DNA of 38,364 bases from Elusimicrobiota bacterium (lineage in GTDB: Bacteria; CG03; SLGR01; JBDRKX01), in the NCBI GenBank assembly GCA_043813605.1, contig JBDRKX010000031.1, positions 1-38,364 of the forward strand, given 5' to 3'. Position numbers and translations under genes: made by a program. A model generated the notes under the pieces. It was not told the DNA's origin and ran no database searches. It worked only from the letters and a program-made list of their open reading frames with translations. Shown here piece after piece: positions 9,392 through 17,300 of this stretch; position 1 is the first letter of the stretch, and every line of letters begins with the position of its first letter.

Positions 9392-10813
9392 TTAAATGCT
9401 GTTGGATACCTTATCATAATTCTTGTTCTTATACCTGACAATAGCATTTCTCGTGTCTACCAGTACTTTACAGTTATTAATGATCAATCCGTAATCTATG
9501 TTCGAATGGTCCGTAGCTATTATTATACCGTCAAAACCTTTCAGGTTTTCTTCGTTGTATTCAATTGAAGACATTTCAAGTCCATCGCCTGCAAACTCCG
9601 GGATATACGGGTCATAATATGAAACATCTGCCCCCTTTTCTTTAAGCAGTGTTATTATCTCCAAAGCAGGCGATTCTCTCATATCAGATATGTCTTTTTT
9701 ATATGCCACACCTACAACAAGTATCCTGGAACCTTTAATACTTTTGCATATCTCATTAAGCTTGTTCTGCATACCTGAAACTACATAACCGGGCATTTTC
9801 TGGTTCAGTTCACCCGCCAGCTCCACAAACTTCGGTTCGATCCCATGGAGTTTTGCCTTCCATATAAGATAAAGCGGGTCTATAGGGATACAATGTCCTC
9901 CGAGTCCCGGGCCTGGATAAAAAGGCATGAATCCAAATGGTTTTGTGGCTGCCGCTTCGATAATCTCCCATATATTCAGGTCAAGCGCATCGCACATCAT
10001 CTTCATCTCGTTTGCAAGTGCGATATTCACGCTGCGGAACGTATTCTCAAGGAGCTTTACCATCTCAGCCGCGCGCGTAGAAGAAACAGGTACGATCTCC
10101 GGAAAAAGCTGCTTATAGAACAGCGTGGAAAGCTCACAACACTGAGATGTAACACCGCCTATCACTTTAGGAATATTTTTTGTCTTGTATTTATCATTAC
10201 CCGGATCTACACGTTCCGGTGAAAATGCCAGATAAAAATCTTCTCCTATCTTCAATCCGTTGCCTTCCAGCTGTTTATGGGATCCCTGCCCGGCAGTACT
10301 TTCGGCCATGATCCCTTGTGTTTCAGACAGTACTTTACCCGCACAGATCTCAGTATACTCCTCACCTTGAAATTTTCCTAAAAGTATGGGCAATACGACT
10401 TCTTCTGTCGAACCGGGATATGTAGTGCTCTCAAGGATTATCAATTGCCCCCTAGTAAGGTATTTAGCAACTTTACTGCAGGCATCAACTATGTATGAAA
10501 TATCAGGTGATTTTGATTTCCTTAAAGGAGTAGGTACGCAGATACTTATAATATCTGCATCCTTCAGCACTGAATAATCCGTTGTGGCGCTCAGTTTTCC
10601 CGACTGTACATATTCATTCAATTCCTCACCGGGCACATCCTGTATGTAGGATATGCCTTTTCCGATCTGGTTGACCTTATTCTGATCCAGGTCGATACCT
10701 ACCGCATCATAACCCGCTTTTGCAAATTCAACAAGAAGCGGCAATCCCACATATCCGAGCCCTATGACCGCACCTCTGGCTTTTCTTGTTTCAATTTTTT
10801 CTTTTAAGTGCAT
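9392..10813 (-). CDS. Nucleotide sugar dehydrogenase (UDP-GlcNAc/ManNAc 6-dehydrogenase, WbpA/WecC family)
   Basis: GLGYVGLP, ICVPTP, ESTTYPG, FSPERVDPG, KLLENTFR, GGHCIPIDP and D.RESP. Confidence 0.95.
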   Translation of the reverse strand: MHLKEKIETRKARGAVIGLGYVGLPLLVEFAKAGYDAVGIDLDQNKVNQIGKGISYIQDVPGEELNEYVQSGKLSATTDYSVLKDADIISICVPTPLRKSKSPDISYIVDACSKVAKYLTRGQLIILESTTYPGSTEEVVLPILLGKFQGEEYTEICAGKVLSETQGIMAESTAGQGSHKQLEGNGLKIGEDFYLAFSPERVDPGNDKYKTKNIPKVIGGVTSQCCELSTLFYKQLFPEIVPVSSTRAAEMVKLLENTFRSVNIALANEMKMMCDALDLNIWEIIEAAATKPFGFMPFYPGPGLGGHCIPIDPLYLIWKAKLHGIEPKFVELAGELNQKMPGYVVSGMQNKLNEICKSIKGSRILVVGVAYKKDISDMRESPALEIITLLKEKGADVSYYDPYIPEFAGDGLEMSSIEYNEENLKGFDGIIIATDHSNIDYGLIINNCKVLVDTRNAIVRYKNKNYDKVSNSI

Positions 10814-10832
10814 ATCTTGTTTCCTTCCGTTA

Positions 10833-11236
10833 TCAATCAGCCCCGAATTTTACGTTTATGCTGATACATCTTTTGTCATCAATGATCCGTTTTCCAGCCA
10901 GTTGAGCTCGACTTTACCGGCATCATAATAAATTATCCCGCCGGCAAAAGTCAGCTTTCTTAAAGGTTCCGAATAGAGTATACCGCCGTATTTATCGGCA
11001 GCCGGCCCCAATTCAGAAATGAATGATATCTCTCTTTGTGCTCCCTGCCCGAGTACAGCCGGATTATACACGAATCCGGATATGCCTCCGGACTCCGGAG
11101 AAACAGCCGCAACGGTCCTGAACTGAGCGCTCTGAGATTTATTGAAAATAGTCCAGCCTGAGAATGTAGACGAACCGTAAATATTACCCGTAAAGGTTAT
11201 AATGCTTATAAAAAATAGATACGCTGTTTTCTTCAT
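10833..11236 (-). pseudogene. PorV/PorQ-like outer-membrane beta-barrel gene with internal deletion
   Basis: Signal peptide, YNPAVLG motif and beta-strands ending at 126 aa. An overlapping frame gives ISINVKFGAD* (10833-10865), which resembles a terminal barrel strand. Confidence 0.6.
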
Positions 11237-11311
11237 ATGTTTATATCATGGACCTGATACGCAAACTTATAATCACAGATAGATTTAATAACAAGAACCC
11301 GGCCAATGTGC

Positions 11312-14300
11312 CTATATGCCCTTCAACGGACTCGTTTTAACATCCCTGAATACGCTCTTTATTTTCAGTCCGCCCCTGGGTTTATCCAGGTCAGAAGGAA
11401 GTACAAGTTCATTATTGACCAGTGACGCGCCGACCACACTTTCAAAAGCCTGGCGCAGCAGCCATCCTGCCGCCCCGGTATAACCGTTCCATATCATCCT
11501 TCCCTGGTCATATGTGGTCAAAAGATCAGCCGGCTGTTTATTCGGCTGCCCTCCGTAAATTTCGATCTCATCAGGCGTTACATGCGAGATCGCCGCTATC
11601 TTCATCCATAACCTGTAAGCTGTACCCCGGTATTCATCCGCTTTGACAGTATCACCATTATTTTCGAAGTATTCGGCAAGGAGCCGGGCAGCCTTTATGA
11701 GCCATTGTACCCCGTGACAGTACATACCGTTTTCGCGCACGCCTTCAGGATACTTGCTGCTCCTGCCAAGATACGGTGTAGTGTCTTCCCTGAGAGCCGG
11801 CCAGCCGAGCAGTATTACATTATCTCTCTCAAGTACACGCAATGCCGTGTGAAAAACTGTTCTGGCCCTTTCCATATTTATACCGGATTTGACCGCCCAG
11901 GCAGCTGTCAGAGCATCTATTTCCCATACACCGCTGTCCTTTATGCCTATTTCCGTACCGTCATCATGAATGGCCCTCAGATACCGGTCATCTCTCCATG
12001 TCTCTTCAAGTGCCGCCTCAAGAGCCTGCATCTTTTTAAGGTAGTATTCTTTCCGGCCGCTTCCTTCCTTTTTATCTATTATGTTCACCATATCCTTTAA
12101 TATGTAATGGAGGAAGAACCCTAGCCATACGCTCTCTCCCTTACCCTCGCTCCCGATCTCGTCCAGCCCGTCATTCCAGTCGCCTGTTCCGATCAGCGGT
12201 AATCCGTGTTTTCCCATGCGTTTTTCAAATACAAGATCGATGGATCTTAAACAGTGCCTGTAAACAGAATCCTCACGGGTTGACCGGTGATACAGGTCGC
12301 CTAAACCATGTTTATTTTTGGGCAGCGGCTGAAAAGGATTTTCAGAAACCACATAAGACGTCATCTCATCGAGTATCGATTCATCACCTGTAGCCCTGAT
12401 ATACTCCACCACGCCCCAGACCAGCCACAAAAGGTTATCCGAAGCGTGCGATCTGCATGCAAATGCCGTTCTTCCGTCAGTAAGCGTAAAAAACCAATGG
12501 AACACATCGCCTTCGATAAACTGCTGGGATGCATGCAGAAGTATCTGTCTGCGCGCGAGAGCAGGATCGACCCATACAAGGTTCACGGTATCCTGGAGCT
12601 GGTCTCTGAACCCGAACGCTCCGCTTGCCTGATAGAATCCGCGCCGGGCCCATATCCGCTCGGCAAGCGCCTGGTACTTCAGCCAGTTCTGGAACATGTC
12701 GAACTCGGTATTATTGGTTTCCACTTTCACCGTTCCCATCAGGCTCAGCCACCATTTTTTTGTATCCGCAAGGCTCTGCCGGGCTTTTTCAACATCCTTA
12801 TATTTTTTTACAACTGTTTCCGCCTCTTTCCGCATATCAGTCTGTCCCAGAATGATCGCAACCGTACATTCATCATTAGCCGGTATCTCCAATGTGCCGA
12901 TTAATCCTGCTATTACCCTCTGGTCTGTGACCTGTGTTCTGTCCGGCTCGCCCTTTTCAACGATATAAGGGAACGCTGTTCCTCTTTCTTTACCGAAGAA
13001 CCTGCCGCGTTTTGTTTCCACAAGATCCAGGGGGAGAGACATTGAAGAAAAAGCCGGCCCGGTCCGGAAAGTATTACGCGGATTTTCAAAGAATACAGCG
13101 TCAATTTCCTTGTTATATTCTACTTTCAGCGCGCCGGAATTTTCAGGCTGTAACGCCAGCACTATCTGAAAATATGGAGCGATTCTCATGCGCTTCAGCT
13201 TGTCACTCTTATTTTTAACCGTCAGCAAGTATACGCCGACCGGATCATCCGGCGGCACAAATACTGTGAGTTCAGTCGATATACTGCCGCGTGTCATGTG
13301 GAAAACAGCTGTCCCGTCCACACCAAATTCCGATCTGTTCTCTGCTGTGTAATCATTCAGCGGATGATGGGTCGGAGAATACCATTCATTATTATCAGGA
13401 TCGTAGAGGTAGATCGCCTCGCCCGGGATCTCCCGCGTGACTGTATCGGAGCATTCGGGCGTGATCCTGTTCTGCTGTGAATTACCGCTTGTTGTAGTGT
13501 GAAGCCCGCGGTTAGTGACTATTATTGAATGCCCGAGAGCATTAGACATACCGTGATCGTACGGCCGGGTAGTATACGGCGTATGAACAAGCATCTTGTT
13601 GCCGCCTTCGGTATATTCGTAGTAGGGCTGAGGCGTTCCCGGAAGGATCTCGCCGTGTCCTATGAGCGGCGACTTCTTCTCCTTTGATGCGGGTATCCCG
13701 GCGCCGCCTGGCCGAAGGTGCCTGTTGATCAGTTCTACAGCCGCATCTCTGCTGCTGCCATAACCTATCATGAACCGCATCGAGCGGGAAGACGCTGCAT
13801 CTACCCCGGCGTCCAGCAACAGGCTTCCCACAGGATCGAATGTCGGATACGCGGCTGTGTCTCTTGCTTCCAGAAAATCCAGCGTTTCTACTATCCGCGG
13901 GGTCCATATACTGCGGGCGCGGCCGATAAAATCCATGCGTGAAATCAGGAAACCTTCAGGAACAGCATCTGAGGCCAGGATACCCATTAATTGTGTGTTC
14001 TTCTGCCAGCTGAAGACCGCGTTTAACCCGCTTATGTACTCCATTTCGGGGAACAACCGGGAATACTGGGGATGGAACCTGTCATCCAGCCCGCGGTTCA
14101 GCACCCATTCCAGGTACTGAACAACTTTTATGCTGCGCGGTTTATCAGTCAGGTTTTCGACTGATAATGTCCATATTTCCACCGGGGCGTCTTTATCCGG
14201 AAGACTGATACAGATCGTCGTCCTTATCCCGTTTACTTCGTTTATTACATTAATAGTATTATCTGTTTTTTCTATTCCGGATGCAGTAAACCTGTTTTTC

Positions 14301-17300
14301 GGGAAATTGCCTGTTACCGGCCAGAAACGCTTGGGACTGCCGGGGTCTTCTTCCGTATCAACGATGTATAATACCCTGCCGCAGGGATCTATAGTATCAT
14401 ATGAACGCCTGGATATATCACAACTCTTTTTCAGCGCCTCACTGTATCCGCCGCCATTTTCCATGAATACTGTTTTATATTCCCTGTTCTGCAGCTCGAA
14501 AGTTTTTTCCCGCCGGCTTACTGCTCTTTTCCGGAGCAGCCGGAGAAGATAGGACACACCCGTACATATAAGTATACCCGAACCGGCAAGCAGCAGGATC
14601 TGCGGCAGCGCCAGGGATTTCAGAGCTGCCAGCATACCGCCTCCCCTGGCCGCATTCTGCATGGCTTCCGAAGTGGTCCATGCATGGTCCCACGCCTGAC
14701 CGCGCGGAAGATAGAAAGGCAGGAGCAGCGGAGCCCATGTGGTAAACCTTTTAATAGCTTCAGGTATATACCGCTGTGCGGCAGCCGGTCCGATAAAACG
14801 CGCTATCTTATCATCAAGTTTGTCCATACCTATAAAACTCAGGTTAACGAGCGTCGCTACCCGCAGTCCCATATGGTCTATCCAGATGAGTATACGGAAA
14901 AAATCAAATGCCAGGAGCCATATAAACAGTTTAAGACTCCACGCATGGAACGCTTCGGGGTTCATAGTCAGACTATTGTAAATTGCAAACAGGGACCGTA
15001 CAGCGCCGTCCTGGTTATACCAGGTCGGAGTAGCCATCATGCGCAGGAAAGTAAATATAATAGGAGACATCCATAATCCCCAGCGCAATACCTGTATCAT
15101 ATGTTTTACCAGATCAATAAAACCTTCTTTTGAAAACAGGAACTTTATCGGCGCCTTGTCTTTTTGAAAAAAAGCTACCATGAATGCCCGGTTGACCGCA
15201 AACAGCCATGCCGCCACCGACCAGTTTATAACGCCTGCCAGCGCTTCGGTAAAGAGCAGCCTGACACCGCCCGAATAACTGCCCAGATCTATACGGCCCC
15301 ATTTATTGACCAGGGGATATGTCGTATAGTTCTGCGGAGAAAACCCGGCGCTTACGTAAAGCCTGAATTTCTCGATAATAACCGGGACCTGTGAAGCATC
15401 AAGGTAAAATGCCGCCGCGGTCCCGACAAATGTACCCAGCATTGAATCGATAAAATAAAGCCTCCACGACTGGATCCGGCCGGTACCCCTTATTGAATAT
15501 ATAATATCCCTTACAAGACTCACGCCCAGGGAAGCGGCAAGACCCATGATAAGACCGAACATAAGCCTGTCTGGCATATCCTGCTGAAAAAGCCCCTGGC
15601 TGATCATATGGGCAAACCCGAATCCGACCACTGCGCCGCGCATGTAGAGTGTCCAGTTCCGGTAACTGTAGCGCATCCTGTCAAAAAACGCCTGGCTGCC
15701 GTCAAAAGTCTCTATAATGGTCTTCAAAAGCGGGAAGACCACTGCGCCGCAGATAACCCCTATCGCTATCGGCAGACTGGCCATAAGCATTTGAGATGTA
15801 CGCGCATCGAGAAGAATATTCAAAACATATAAGATCGTCATAAGTATGCCGCTGTAGACCATGCCTTTTTTAACGCCTGTCGTAACATGGCCGGAGATAG
15901 TTGCCCATGTAGGCGCTATACGCTGCGTACTGTCCAGAGTAAGCCCGGTTAATAAATACACTTCTCCCCAGAGTCCCCCGTGAGCCAGGATCGTAGTCAA
16001 TACGGCGATAATAGACCTGAATAAAAGAGGTAATGCCGCAACTGAGTCAGTAGAACCGAGGTCAGCAATATGAGGAGACATGACAACGCCCAGGGATACA
16101 AGGAAAACCACAAGATGCGCTTTAGGTATTTTAAGCGGCTTTCCGCTAGTAACCAGGCTGATCCCGTTTGTGACAGCTTCATTGAACCCGAAAACCACTA
16201 TCAGCCTGCCAAGAAACTCCAGTATTGCCGGGCAACTTATCAGAAGACCGCCGGTCAGGCTGTTACCCAGCACATTGAGCAGGCTCGTATTCTCCAGAAG
16301 CAGCAGCCATCCGAAAAAATACGGTGTTCCCACTATCAATCCGCCGCTTATTGCCCTGAGATGTTTGCGCGCTGAAGCCAGGGAAGAAGCGTTTACCGCA
16401 TGATATATCAGGAACGCTATTGAGGCCGTTATATTGCTTTTCATCATCACCTGCGCCCAGTCAGCAGGAGCCTGAAGCAGCACCTGGCTGCTTGAGGATG
16501 CGGCAAGGAGCCCCGAGAACATGACATTCTGAAACACTTCTCCCGGTGTAAGATGTTTAGAAGTGAGCCTGTATTTCAGGAGTTCCGCTATCACCGCGCC
16601 GACAAGGCCGGCAAGCAGGAACCTGAAGCAGACTCCGACGGGATTCATCGTCCCCACCGATGATCCCAGTGAATATATGAGCAGTGCGCATCCCGCGATC
16701 AGGACTGCGGCTGTACCGTACAATAGATCCCATTTCAAAGAACCTTTTTTCTCAGGAACAGGCTTCTTATCATCAATCTGCCCGGTCTCCTCTACAGCGC
16801 GCCGACTGGAAAAAAGTTTCCCTGAGAAAACAGCGATCAGGGACATCAAAAGACTGAATATGAGTACCAGTGATATTTTGCCGCCGGCTGTCTCAATAAA
16901 CGATAAATTAAAAAAATCAATATCAAAATACAGTGTAGCGGGCGCTTCTGTTCCGCCGACAGGAGTAATAACGAATACGATCTCATCAAGATCCCCGATC
17001 TTTTTCCAGTGGATAGCTTCCCTTATAGAATTCCAGCCGGATTTAAGCTTTAGCGGGATAACCTGCTTATCTTTGTCTCCCTTGATCTCTACTGTTACCA
17101 TCACCTGCTGCACCTGTCCCGGATCCGGCACATTGACACCGACATTGACCGCATTGGCAGCGCCGGCATTCAGACCCGGCGGATAATCCTTTGTCCAGAC
17201 ACCTACCAGCGTACCCTTAGGCGCCGTATAGTCGAATCTCATAATATCTTTTTTAATAGCCTGATCGGCTGCAGTGCTTATAACACCTTCTGCCATACCT

